A stretch of DNA of 64,000 bases from Felis catus. Taxonomy: Eukaryota. Under the pieces are notes generated by a model, which was not told where the DNA came from, made no database searches, and saw only the letters and a program-made list of their open reading frames with translations. This document shows, in pieces, positions 40,075 to 52,477 of this stretch (the first letter of the stretch is position 1; each line of letters starts with the position of its first letter). The stretch lies in the NCBI RefSeq assembly GCF_018350175.1, contig NC_058368.1, positions 194,124,001 through 194,188,000 of the forward strand, written 5' to 3'. Position numbers and translations under genes: made by a program.

Positions 40075-41449
40075 CTATTAGTTGCCTTACAGATTGGCAA
40101 AGATTCAAACTTCCACAATATACTCTATTAGTGAAGTTGTATGGGGGAAAGTGTCACTCTCCTGTTTGTTAGAGGGGATACAAACTTTTACAGTCTCTAT
40201 GAAGAGTTTATTGGCAGTGCCTAGGAATATTTCTTACACACGTATATTTTCACCCAGCCATCCGCCTCTAGGAATCTATTGTAAGACTATTCTAGCCAAA
40301 AATCTGGGGAAAAAATAGATACACCAGGCTATGAATTACAAGAGTATGCAGTCGCAACCCTGGAAACCACCTGTATGTCCATCAGTAAGGGACTGGTTAA
40401 ATAAACTGTGATGCATTTACCCTTTGGAGTACTATAAGAAGGAATGAGGCATATCTCTACAAAGTGCCACAGCATGCCCTTCAGGATATACTAGGTATAA
40501 AAGGCAAGATAGAGGAAAATGTGTTGCCACTTATCCAAGGGAAGAGAGAGATACAAATATAAGGGTATATTTGCCGTTAATTTTTAAAAATGGAAAAATC
40601 ATCTTCACATAGGTAGAAATCATTAACTATATAAGAGGAGATTATGGTGGGGTTGTTTACAGATTTAACTTTGGAGACACATAATTGCATAATAATGAAA
40701 CAAAATCAGTAAAAAGCAATGCTGAAAGTCTATAGCAAGATGAAACCAGCGAACCTGGGTATCACACTGGAAGCATAACTAGGGGAGGCAAACTCTTCCA
40801 AGTGGCATGAAATACAACATAATTTGACACTATTCCTAGCAGGATATGCCCTACGAACAAAATGACCTGTGCAAAGACTTAAACTGTTTTAAACAATCTT
40901 ATTTTTGGTGGTCATGGTGGTATTTTTATTCTAAGACTGTTAGGTGTATGCTGTTATTACAGAGAATAACATACTAGTGCTATGAAAACCAGGATTTTCA
41001 TTGTGAAAGAAAAGAGATACAAATGAAAGATGGAAGGATTAAGCAAAGGGGTTTTCAAATATTAATTTCCATAGAGAAGCTAGGATTTCTTAGAGAAAAC
41101 CAATTCCACGTCTGTCACAGTAAACATACATGCTGAACCTGGAATATCTTGTCCTACCTGAAAGCAAAGGAAATTATCACAGATTACTACTAGAAGAACC
41201 TCCCACTGGTCAAAGATGGAAACATTTGAATATTAAACAGGTTTATAACTTAAGTGGGTAGGGACACAAATATATTTATATCTATGAGTTCATAATGGTA
41301 CTTTAAAAGCACTCATTCATCATTATTTTTGACAACTTATAAAGGGAGAGGCACCTGAGTGGCTCAGTTGGTTAGGCATCTGGCTTGAGCTCAGGTCATG
41401 ATCTTGCAGTTCAAAAGTTTGAGCCCTGCTTCGGGTAAGCTGGAGCCCT

Positions 41450-41505
<56 letters not shown>

Positions 41506-42510
41506 TCTCTTTCTGCCCCTTGCTCACTCGTGCTCTCTCTCTCTCTCAAAAATAAATAAATAAACTTTAAAAAAATGTAGTCCTTGATATTAAAAAAAAA
41601 AAAAAATTAAAGGGAAGTATCCATCATGTATCCTTTTTCCCTTTACAGACTATACCGCAAAGACCAAATAGTTAATGGTAAAAAATAGAAGTATTTCAGC
41701 TAATAAAATAGAATGATTTAATTTGGTCATTGTGTAAATCTTAATGACATAATTGATCTGGGTGATGATTATTCATGACTGCTAACAACACAGAGAGACC
41801 ATCTCCTGAAATACTGATATCACCCATGAGGTATACTTGCCAAAGAATCAATGTGTAATCTGATCGGCCTCTAATCTATCTACTAATTTACAGAAGATAC
41901 AGGATACAGAGGAATATATTAAATACCACAAGTATTCACTCAGCAAAGTTTAAGTCATAGGGAATTCTGCAGAACAAAATGTCTATTTCTCCAACAAATT
42001 AATTTTTAAAACGTAAAAATAAAAAAAGAGATGTTTGTGGAATCTATAAAGACAAAAAAGTCTTGAGACCTAGCAACCAATTATAATGCAGTGACCTTAT
42101 TTAGATTCTAATACAACTTCTATACACACACATCCATATGCATATATATATAAATTTGTATATAAATTGTATCAAATTATAAATAATTCATTTTAGTTAA
42201 CTATAAATTATATTATTTAAATCTATAAGTTGGAGAATTTGAACACTGAATAGATTTGACATTAAAATAATGTTTATGAAAATTGTTTTGTGGTTAATTA
42301 TGTTAAAGGAGTCTTTAAGAAATAAAACCTGGAATATTTAGAGGAAAGAACACGGTATCTTGGATTTGCTTCAAAATAAGCCAGATAAGAGGCGGATACA
42401 GGTGAGGACTAGATAAAACAAGATATGATTTAACTTGGTAATTGTTGAAGCTGGGTGATAGATACATGGAAGTTCATTATAGCATTTCTCTACTTTTTTA
42501 TGTTCTAATT
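40075..42510 (+). mobile_element. L1MC-type 3' end relic
   Basis: ORF2 C-terminal remnants (ctggaaaccacctgtatgtccatcagtaagggactggttaaataaactg) followed by a long L1MC-like 3'UTR. Confidence 0.65.
41348..41607 (+). mobile_element. Variant CanSINE (short body, long (CT)n) with a bipartite tail
   Basis: TSD taaaggga at 41340-41347 / 41608-41615. Confidence 0.9.
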
Positions 42511-42965
42511 TGTCGTAATAGTACAAAGAAGAAAAGCCTGAGTGGATTGGCCCTACCGTCTTGTACCCCACTCCTGTCTGGCTCTTTGTGTCTGTGCTTG
42601 AGCCACCTGTCAACCTTTACTGTGTGTATCCTTTCTGAGCACCTTTCCTGCCCAAGGTTTTTCTGTGTTGCTCCCTCTGCATAGACCATACTTCCTTACC
42701 CCTCTGTGCATTCCTAACTCCCACTGGATCCTGACGACTGGCCCAGTTTCTACTTTGTGAAGGAATACTTCTGACTTTCCCTGCTCTAGGCTCTTGTAGT
42801 ACCAGCTACCTCTCCTTTCTGGTAATTATCATACTTGTAATTTTACACTAATTTACCTCATAATTTATTTTTACTCTCAGCCCCAGCAAACCTTCTGGTG
42901 CCTGAGAATAGAAGCCATTTTGTTTCACATGGTACCCCACTACCTGCCTTAGCACACACTACTCT

Positions 42966-43677
42966 TGTTACAGAAAAATTTTGCAAAGCACCCTTATTAA
43001 AAATGACAAAACTTTTTATTCAGTGCTAGTGCAGTAGCATAGAGAGAGTTGAGGTAAACTGAGCTCAATTCCAATCTTTACAGAGGTGACAGGACATTTT
43101 AAAGGGAAAATGAAGTAGTATGGAGGGGGAGTGAGCAAGGCTCAAGCAGAATATGGCAAATAGAAAATTCTGAACACCAGGTGTGAACTGACTGGTCAAT
43201 GGGATTGGGCCATCTGTGTTTACTAACTGGTGCTTATCAAAGTCAGGCTCCTACTTCCTGCAGAGCCTGGGATATGGGTTCCTGATGATTACATTTCAAG
43301 GGAATGGCTCCCAGGTCCTTGAGAAAGACATTCCTTGTAGAAGTTACAATACATCTCAGAGACAAAGGATTTACAATGGTAGGTTTTCTGAAATAAAGCT
43401 TTAAGAAAAGGGTCTATAGGCAGAGTTTTATGGAAAAACAATAAATCCTGAGAGAGCATTAAGCTGTCTCAGGTGGACATTTAAGGGGGCTGAAGCAATC
43501 ATCGGACGGACATGGCCTTGAGCTGATTAGAAACTATGCCAGTATTTGTTCCGGTCTTTTATTGTGTGGGGGTGGGTGGGGTCATTTGTGCTTAGAGTTG
43601 CAGCTCCTATAGACATAGGTTGAGGCTTAGTCTAGAAGCGGGCTCACAGGAGCCTGTCTAGACTTTGGTCTTTGTTA
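42966..43677 (-). mobile_element. ERV1-class solo LTR (MER31/MER67-like)
   Basis: tgttac... start; ggctcccaggtccttgagaaagacattcct and aggagcctgtctagactttggtc resemble the MER31/67 family. Confidence 0.65.
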
Positions 43678-44931
43678 CTTTACAATTACTTGCTGAGTAT
43701 TTCACCCTCTCTGTGAAAAAAAGTGTTCAGGAACTAAGAAGATGAGGTATTCACGTTGGACTTAAAAGAGCTCAAGTTTCAATAAGTATAGAAGAGAAGA
43801 AGTGCTTATTCTGGGTAGAAAAAGCTGGAGCAAGATTCTCTGATGTTATCCTTTATGATATAATAATAATGAAAAAATATTTAATAAAAAGCTTTCTAAT
43901 GTTATTAGAGGTAAGTCTGTTTCCAGTCCTAAGGATAGACATAATTCTAACTGGAGAAGAGCAAGAGGCATGTAGTTCCCTGTGTCAGTTTCTGCTTTAA
44001 GCTTTAAAATAAAGACAGCATTTGTATGGCACTGAGACTATGAATGTCTACAAAGTTACCAGTAACCAAATCAAGAGATGGCTATAATTTGATACAGGGT
44101 AAAGTGACCTCTAAACAGAAACAGGAAGTGGATTGCGAAGTGCTGTATGAGTCTGACAGGTAAAGAAACCAGCTGATGAGCAAGCTCTGAACTGCAGACC
44201 CCACTGGTTATTTTTGTCTTTTTCTGGAAAGCTCCGAAATGTGCCTTTATTAACTGGAGCATAAGGAATGTTTCTTCTCAAAAATTTAGAATTCAGAGCA
44301 CAAAATGTTGCTAATTACAGAAATAAGGAATACATGCAGCTTCCTCTGTTCTTAATTATTTTACATTTTCTTCTTTTGCAAAACACAAGCCAGTTGCCTG
44401 CTGAGAGGTAATTCCTCATTCACAGAGGAAACCAAATTGTCAGTTTCAGTTAGGTGGGATCAGTAAATCTTCCTAGGTTAATACTCAGACAGAAAGCATG
44501 CCATAAAAATTAAGGCAGATGTGTTTGGATTGGTGGGGGGTGTGTGTGGCATTTTTATTCTTTTGCTTTAAGTGGAGCACTCTAGACCCACAAGATGAAC
44601 TCTGCTGTAGAATGGTGGTGTGAAACAAACACTAGAAACTTGGGAATTCATAAAGAAATACATGAACATTTCTAATTTTTTAGAATATGTCACCCACAGA
44701 GTAGTACTAGCAGGAGTAAGATGTGAAATTCATGGCATTCAACTGAAAAAAAGAAAAGTTACCTAATGATAACATGAAAGAAAACCTGAATAGATGTCCT
44801 GAGAAGCATTTGGTGGGTGTAAAAACTATGAACATTTATGCTAGTCTGCCAGACCATTTCTCTGTCCACTGTTTTTTTTAACAAATAAAATATTATCAAA
44901 ATGGCAGATCATTTTATCAGCAGAGTTTATT

Positions 44932-45122
44932 AAGGTGGTTCTCAAACTTTAGTGTAAGCAAAGATTATCCACAGAAACTTCTTTAAAATGCAGAATCCTG
45001 GGCTTCTTTGTTAGCATATCTGTTTTAGGTGGTCCAGATTGGGTCCCAGAATCCATATTTTTAACTAAGCATTGATGTAGTTCTGACACGCATGCTCTAT
45101 AAGCCACAATTTGAAAAATATT
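44932..45122. mobile_element. MER5-like MITE
   Basis: gtggttctcaaactttagtgt...tttaaaatgcagaatcctggg...caatttgaaaaatattg. Confidence 0.7.
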
Positions 45123-46042
45123 GATGACATAAAATCTTCCACGGTATATATATAGCTAGAAGCTCTTGAGTTGCATTTATAATATAATCACTGTAACAAT
45201 AAAACTAAATGTCAGGCATAAAGTTGACGATCAATATCTGTTTGTTGATGATTAATAGTTCTCAAAATGAGTTTTAATAAAAGTATCAAGTGGTGTTATT
45301 TTAACCCGATTCCAGTCCTGCAAGCACTATCAGACTCTGATTATCACCCACTATTTCAAGAAAACAGGCTTGGTACGGTGTCCAACACACTGCGATAGGG
45401 TTCTCTGTTGAGCAGCTTGGTGTGGGCTAGGATGATAGAATGTTGCAGGTAAGAACATGTGCTTCAGACAGGTTTTAACAACCCCTGTGCTATAGACTGT
45501 GTACCTTTGAGACTTCCTCTTCCTTAAAATAGGAATGCTAATGCCAATGCCAACTTTCTGGGATTATACAATGTTTAGATTAAAAAAAATGTTTCAGTAA
45601 GTGTAGAAGAGAAATGTATAGTGGATTTCCTGTAATACTATAGGCCTTTGAATGAACAAGAAAGAAAGAACTTCATTTCTCTGTCCTTATAATAGGTTGA
45701 TTTTATTGTCAAGAGGAAAGCAATGACATTTTTCAGAATCAGGTTCTTATGTAAGCCCAGAAAAGCTGAGAGTAGTGGATTTCAAGTTGGGGTCTTTGGG
45801 CATTTGGACACATTGCCTTGAAAATCATGAGAAACAATGATTATCTCACCTAGTGGCTGTGGCTATACACCCTTTGTTGTCTTTTTCTGACTTATTTCAC
45901 TTAATATAATGTCACTGAGGTTCATCATTGTTGTTGTAAATATCCAGATTTTTCTTCCTTGTAGAGCTGGATGATATCCCTTTTACAAATGTGTGTGTGT
46001 GTGTGTGTGTGTACACACATATATATGTATATATGCATACAT

Positions 46043-46077
<35 letters not shown>

Positions 46078-46409
46078 GTAGAGAGATTGAGAGAAATATC
46101 ACATTTTCTTAATATATTTATCCATTGATGGACCCTTAGGTTGTTTCTATGTCTTGGCTATTGTAAATAATGCTACAGTGAACATAATGATACATATATC
46201 TTTTCAAGTTAGTGTTTTTGTTTTCTTCAGATAAATCGCCAGAAGTGGAGTTGCTGGATTATGTGGTAGATCTACTTTTTTTTTTTTTTTGAGAAATCTC
46301 CATACTGTTTTCTATAGTGGGAGCACAATGCCACTAACATCCCCACCAGGAGTGCACAAGGGTTTTCTTTTCTTCACATCCTCACCAACAGGATGGTATT
46401 TTTCTTATC

Positions 46410-46857
46410 TTTTTAAAAATGTTTGTTTCCGGGGCGTCCGGGTGGCTCAGTCGGTTAGGCGGCCAACTTCGGCTCAGGTGATGATTTCGCGGTCCGTGAG
46501 TTCGAGCCCCACGTGGGGCTCTGTGCTGACAGCTCAGAGCCTGGAGCCTGTTTCAGATTCTGTGTCTCCCTCTCTCTGACCCTCCCCCGTTCATGTTCTG
46601 TCTCTCTCTCTCTCTGTCTCAAAAATAAATAAACGTTAAAAAAATTTAAAAAATAAAAATAAAATAAAAATAAAAATGTTTGTGTATTTTTGAGAGAGAA
46701 AGAGACAGAGCAGAGAGAGAAAGAGAGAATCTCAAGCAGGCTCTGCACTGTCATCACAGAGCCCAATGCAGGGCCTGAACCCATGAACTGTGAGATCATG
46801 ACCTGAATGGAAATCAAGAGTCAGACGCTTAACCAACTGAGCCACCCAGGCACCCCC
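46410..46857 (-). mobile_element. Older CanSINE whose tail is interrupted by a + strand SINE
   Basis: Body at 46684-46857; tail remnant at ~46410-46426. Confidence 0.88.
46431..46670 (+). mobile_element. CanSINE inserted in the tail of the previous SINE
   Basis: TSD taaaaatgtttgt at 46414-46426 / 46671-46683. Confidence 0.94.
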
Positions 46858-46870
46858 TGTTTTTTTCTTT

Positions 46871-47097
46871 TTTTTTTTTTTAATTTTTTTTTCAACGTTT
46901 ATTTATTTTTTTGGGACAGAGAGAGACAGAGCATGAATGGGGGAGGGGCAGAGAGAGAGGGAGACACAGAATCGGAAACAGGCTCCAGGTTCTGAGCCAT
47001 CAGCCCAGAGCCTGACGCGGGGCTCGAACTCCCGGACCGCGAGATCGTGACCTGGCTGAAGTCGGACGCTTAACCGACTGCGCCACCCAGGCACCCC
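46871..47097 (-). mobile_element. Young CanSINE (SINEC_Fc)
   Basis: Near-identical to the copies at 10323, 15480 and 25638. Confidence 0.96.
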
Positions 47098-48439
47098 TTT
47101 TTCTTTTTGATAATAACCATTCTAACAGGTGTAAGGTGATATCTTGTAGTTTTGATTTGCATTTCCTTGGTGATTACTGATGTTGAACATCTTTTTACAT
47201 ACCTGTTGGCCATCTGTAGTCTTCTTCGGAAAAAAATATCTATTCAGATCCTCTACCCATTTATAAAATGGATTTTTTTTTTTTGCTATTGAGTAGTATG
47301 AACTCTTTATATATTTTGGATATTAATCCCTTATCAGATATATGATTTGCAAATATTTTCTCCCATTTGGTAGATAACTCTTTTCATTATGTTAATAGGA
47401 TTTTGTGTGTGTCTAAAGAAGCTTTCAGTTTGATGTAGTCCACTTGCTTATTTTTGCTTTTATTTCTTTTCTTTTGGTCTCAAATCCAAAAAAAGAAAAC
47501 AAAAATCCCCAAGCCTGACCTCAATGACCCTACTGCCTATGTTTTATTATAGGAGTTTTATGGTTTCAAGTATCACATTCAAGTATTTAATCTATTTTGA
47601 GTTTATTTTTGCATATGTCTCATTATTAATGAGACTTTTCTTTCCCCACTGATATTCTTGGCTCCTTCATCATAAGTTAATTGAATGTATATGTGTGGCT
47701 TTATTTTTGGAATGTCTATTCTATTCCAGTGATCTATGTGTCTGCTTTTATATCAGTATCCATACTGTTTTGATTATTTTAGCTCTGTAATATACTTTGA
47801 AGTAGAGGAATATGATGTCTCAAGCTTTGTTTTTCTTTCTAAAGCTTGCTTTGACTATTCAGACTCTTGTGCTTCTATATAAATTTTAATATTATTCTAT
47901 ATCTGTGAAAAATGCCATTGGAATTTTGATAGGAATTGCACTAAATCTGTAGATTGCCTTGGGTAGTATGGACATTTTAACAGTATTCTTCAAATCCGTG
48001 AACACAGAATATCTTTCCATTATTTGTGTCTTCTCCAATGTCATTCATTAATATCCTCTAGTTTTAGGTGTTAATTGATTTTAAAATACCATGTTGATTG
48101 ATTTGCAGATGTTGAACCATCCTTGCATTCCTGGAATTAATCTTACTTGATTAAAGAGTATGGTCTTTTTAATGTACAGTTGAATTTGGTTTGCTAATAT
48201 TTTGTTGAACATTTTTGTTTCTGTGTTCATCAGGGATATAGGCCTATAACTTTCTTGTAGCATCCTTATCTGTTTTGGGGAGCAGGGTAATGTTGGCCTC
48301 ATAAAAATAATTTTGGAAGTGTTTCCTCCTTTTCTACTTTTTGGAAGAGTGTGTGAGAATTGGTATTACTTCTTTGAATGTTTGATATAATTTACCAGTG
48401 GAATAGTCTGGTCCTGGACTTTTGTTTGCTGGAAGGTTA

Positions 48440-48658
48440 TTTTGTTTTGTTTTATTTGTTTTGTGTTTTAAGTTTATTTATTTTTGAAAGAGCGAGAAAG
48501 AGAGCAGGGGAGGGGCAGAGGAGAAGGAGAACCCCAAGCTGGCTCCACACAGTCAGCACAGAGCCTGATGTAGGGCTCAATCCCATGAACCATGAGATCA
48601 TGACCTGACCCAAAATCAAGTGTCAGAGGCTTAACCGACTGAGCCACCCAGGTGCCCC
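48440..48658 (-). mobile_element. Older CanSINE
   Basis: TSD tgctggaa(a)gg at 48427 / 48659. Confidence 0.92.
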
Positions 48659-50899
48659 TGCTGGAAAGGTTTTGATTACTCATTCAATCTCCTTACTGGC
48701 TATCAGTTTGTTCTGATTTTCATTGTATGTTTCTTCTATATTGTGAAATTTATTGACCTGTAATTATTCATAGTAGTCTCTTATGATCCTTTGTGGTAGC
48801 AATTGTAATGTCTACTCTTTCGTTTCTGGTTTTAAGTCCTATCTCTTTTTCTTGATGAGTCTCACTAAAGATTTATCAATTTTAAGAGCTGGTTCTTTAA
48901 GAAGATAGTTTCATTGTTTTATATTGTCTTTTTAGTTTCTATTTTATTTATTTCCACTCTGATCTTTGTTATTTCCTTCCTTCTACTAACTTTGTGTTTT
49001 ATTTGTTCTTCTTCTACCTCCTTTAGGTATAAAGTTAGGTTGTTTGAGATTCTTCTTTCTTGGACAGTCAGAACCACAGGCAGCAGTATTTATATATCCC
49101 AGGATATATAGTCCTGTGCAACCACTACTGTAAATCATGCTAGCCATAACAGTCAATCTAGAATCATCAGCTGGGTGGCAGTTGAAAAACTCTGGTGCCA
49201 GGCCTGTGTACAATCTCCTTTCCAGGAGATAATAGTGACCTGGGATGAGGCAGAGGGAGAGTTCAAAGATGGAATAAACTAGGCTAGAGTGTACCTCAGT
49301 GAGCCCATAGTGATGTACCAAACCAGAAGCCTTGTTTCAGGACAAATAGATGAGCCTCTTTCATAGAAAAATGAAAAGAGGGGTTCCTTATACATTATAG
49401 GGGTGGTAGCTGGCCCAGAACTGTCTCCTTTGGTTACAGTCCTCTGGGACTCAGGAACAAAATCTCTGCTGGCCAACAGAGCTAAATGATAAGGGGAATC
49501 CCCTATGTCATAGCCACAAAAACCAGATCACCAGACATGTGCACAAGCTTCTCTCTGGGAGATACTTCACTCTGGAGTGCAGCAGAGGGGAGGTACAAAG
49601 ATAGTGGTAACCCTCTGAGGTTTCTGGAGAAAATTACGGTAGGATTTTAGATATGTATTTATTTAGAAACCTGCCCTTCATTCTGTAAGAAAGACTGGGC
49701 AGTTATATCTGTTGCCCTTCATGTGCCCAGGAGGTGGTAGCCACTTAAGAACTCCATTGGTTACAGTCCCCTGGGACCTGTGAGCATAAACCCACTTGTC
49801 ATGAGAGCCAGGTTATCTAATGATGTTCCTTGGTGGCAGTCACAAAAATTGAGGCACGAGACAAAGGTATAAGTTCCTTTTGGGGAAATACCAGTGAGAT
49901 AGACAAGGCAGAGCAAGGCAGAGTGAGAGCACAAACATGGTGTCAACGGACCTTCCTCCCTGAAGTGCATTTCGGTAGTTGCCTAGGTGTGCACCAGACC
50001 AGAAGACTACCCCTCAGGCTGAAGCTCCAGGACAAGAAAATCGGCTTTTTTCACAGAAAGACTGCTGTCTGTCTGGTACCCTAAGGGGTGGTAACTTGCA
50101 GACAAACTGATTGTTTCAAGTCCCTGAGATACAGGAATGCAAACCCATTGACCACCAGAGCCAAGAAGCCATGGGATATGTCCCGGACTTCAGCTGCAAA
50201 AAACTGGGACACCAGTCATATGTAAAAGCTCCCCTTCATAAGATATTAGATCTCTGGAGGCAACAGACGGAGAGTGCAAAGATAGGGTCTGACCCCTGAA
50301 GTCTCTGGAAAGCTTTATAGTGGGCCCTTAGCTGTGTGTTTAATTAGATGCCTGCCCCCCAAGTCAATACTTTAAAATAGGTAAATAAACCTCCTTCCTA
50401 TGACGTCTGTGCACCTCTCCATTGTCCGCCTCTGTTCAGGCTCCTGTGGAGAGTGTGTCCACATGCGAGCCCTTTGAGAGCTGTTGGCAGTGTTTGCTAG
50501 AGCACTTGGGTCTTGTGGATATGAGCCCCATGGGTCTTCAAAGCCAAGTGTTTGTGTGCATATCTAGGCACCTACCTGGAGCTCATCTCCCAGATGTAGT
50601 GCTTGATGTGAGTTCAAATCCTTTCCTCCTCAGGAGAAGATCTGGATTTTTGAGTTCTCCCCTTCTTGAGGATCTCCATGCCAAAAATGGGGTTTATGGC
50701 AAGATTGTGTTTTAGCCTCTCCCTCCCACCTTGATGTGGATTTCTTTCTTATTTACCCCATGTGTAGGAGCTGCTCAGATAGTTTTTAGATTTTTTTTCT
50801 CAGAGGAAATTGTTCCATATGTAGCTGTGGATTCAGTGTGTTCTTGGGAGGAGGTGAGTTTAACATCTTCCTACATCACTATCTTGAAGTGGAATCCTC

Positions 50900-51369
50900 A
50901 TTCTTTTTCTTTTTTTATGGTTTACATCTTGCTGCTGAAAGTCTTCCTGTATTTGTGTTTGTTGTCCAACTTTTCCACTAGATTCTTTTTTTTTTCCATT
51001 TTTTTGTGTTTATTTTTGAGAGAGAGGGAGAGACAGAGTACGAGCAGGGGAGGGGCAGAAAGAAAGGGAGACCCAGCATCCGAAGCAGGCTCCAGGCTCT
51101 GAGCTTTCAACACAGAGCCTAACTCGGGGCTTGAACTCAAACCGGGAGGTCATGATGTCAGTCAAAATCAGATGCTCAGCCAACTGAGACACCCAGGTGC
51201 CCCTCCACTGGATTCTTAAACCTGTTAATTATAGTTATTTTATATTTACTGATAGCTTCAACATTTGGTTCTCATTTGAACTTGGTTTTATTTTTATTTT
51301 TTAAAATTTTTTTTAACTTGGTTTTATTGATTGTTTCTTGACAGTGGTTTTTATTTTCTTTCGTGTGTG

Positions 51370-51417
<48 letters not shown>

Positions 51418-52477
51418 GGAAACCATGTGTAGAATAGAATAGGCTGAAGTATATAGTATTTATGCCCCCAAACAAATATGCTTCTTTTTTGCTGGATTAT
51501 TGATATTCAGATTCTCTTGTTAGGAGTTGAAATGGGTTTGGGTTTTGTCGTTGCGGTAATTACTCTCTATAGTTACATCATCTACTTCATATTCCTCTAG
51601 CCTTAACCTGTAGGGGTAGGGGTTAAATTATCATAAGATTTCCTAAATATTCCTGTTAAACTCTCAGTTCTAAATTTTCTCTGTGAATTTACACCTCAGA
51701 AAATAGATCTCTTCAGGTTTTTGCCCCTTTCCAAGTATACTTTTGTGAGGTGACTTTTATGGCTTGGTGGCAGGATTCAGAGGTGGGATTCTATTGTTCT
51801 TAGCCAGGTACCAAGTCCCTATGTGTTAAGGGTGTGCCTTTCTCAGTGAACTTATACCTACCCCTGCAGAAGTCTGGGCCTGGATAGTTTTTATGCCCTC
51901 CCTCAAGTAGAGCTTCCCCTCACCATTCTCTTCCTTCAGCTATAATGGGTCTACTGAGTGTTTTGCTGCTCTTTGCCCAGTGGTTTAAGGCTTTTCTTCC
52001 TATAGGACAGACAGTTCCAGGCAGGGTTTTATCAGAAAGGAGATGGCCCTCTCTTCCTTGAGGCCTGCAGCCCATGGGAGGCTTTCTTCAAGCTCTTCCC
52101 CTACGCACCTTATGGAGGTCCGTGAACCAAAGTCTCTGTCAGTGGCTACAAATTCCCTTTGTGCCTGCATTCTAGGGACTTCTAAATCTAACAATAGTCC
52201 ATTTAGCCTTAGCACTTAGCTAGAAATTTTAGCCCAAATTTCCCTGCTCTTATGGTGGTTCTGTCTTCTTCCTACGCTCTCCCCCAGGAAAGTCAGTGCG
52301 TACATCTCCTTGGAGGTGCCTGTCTTTCCTTAGATTGTTAGTTTGTTACCCTGAAATCTTAGTTCTCTGATGGGTTCATGAATATTAGTCCTTCATGAAT
52401 TATCTCACTTTTTCTTATTGTTTAGCTGAAAACAACATTTTCTAGCTTTTGCCATCTTGAGTGGAAGCCAGAAATCC
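50900..52477 (-). mobile_element. 5' end of an ancient L1M/HAL1-type element; contains (TG)n at ~51363-51416
   Basis: The minus-strand start ggatttctggcttccactcaagatggc has a YY1-like motif. An ORF1-start-like segment (ttaattatagttatttta) lies near 51230. Confidence 0.55.
50988..51203 (-). mobile_element. CanSINE
   Basis: TSD tccact(a/g)gattctt at 50974-50987 / 51204-51217. Confidence 0.94.

Larger units (their letters stand above)
45873..50897 (-). mobile_element. Internally deleted L1: 5' region with tandem monomers (49061-50897) fused to partial ORF2; 3'UTR/poly(A) missing
   Basis: Minus-strand start ggattccacttcaagatagtg resembles a decayed YY1-type caagatggcg. ORF2 remnants include [19 protein letters not shown]...[10 protein letters not shown]. 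Confidence 0.8.

Noticed and set aside
49761..51102. Cluster of 60-120 aa ORFs in GC-richer sequence as a small gene cluster
   Set aside because: They lie in the L1 5' monomer region and a SINE, with no recognisable protein similarity.
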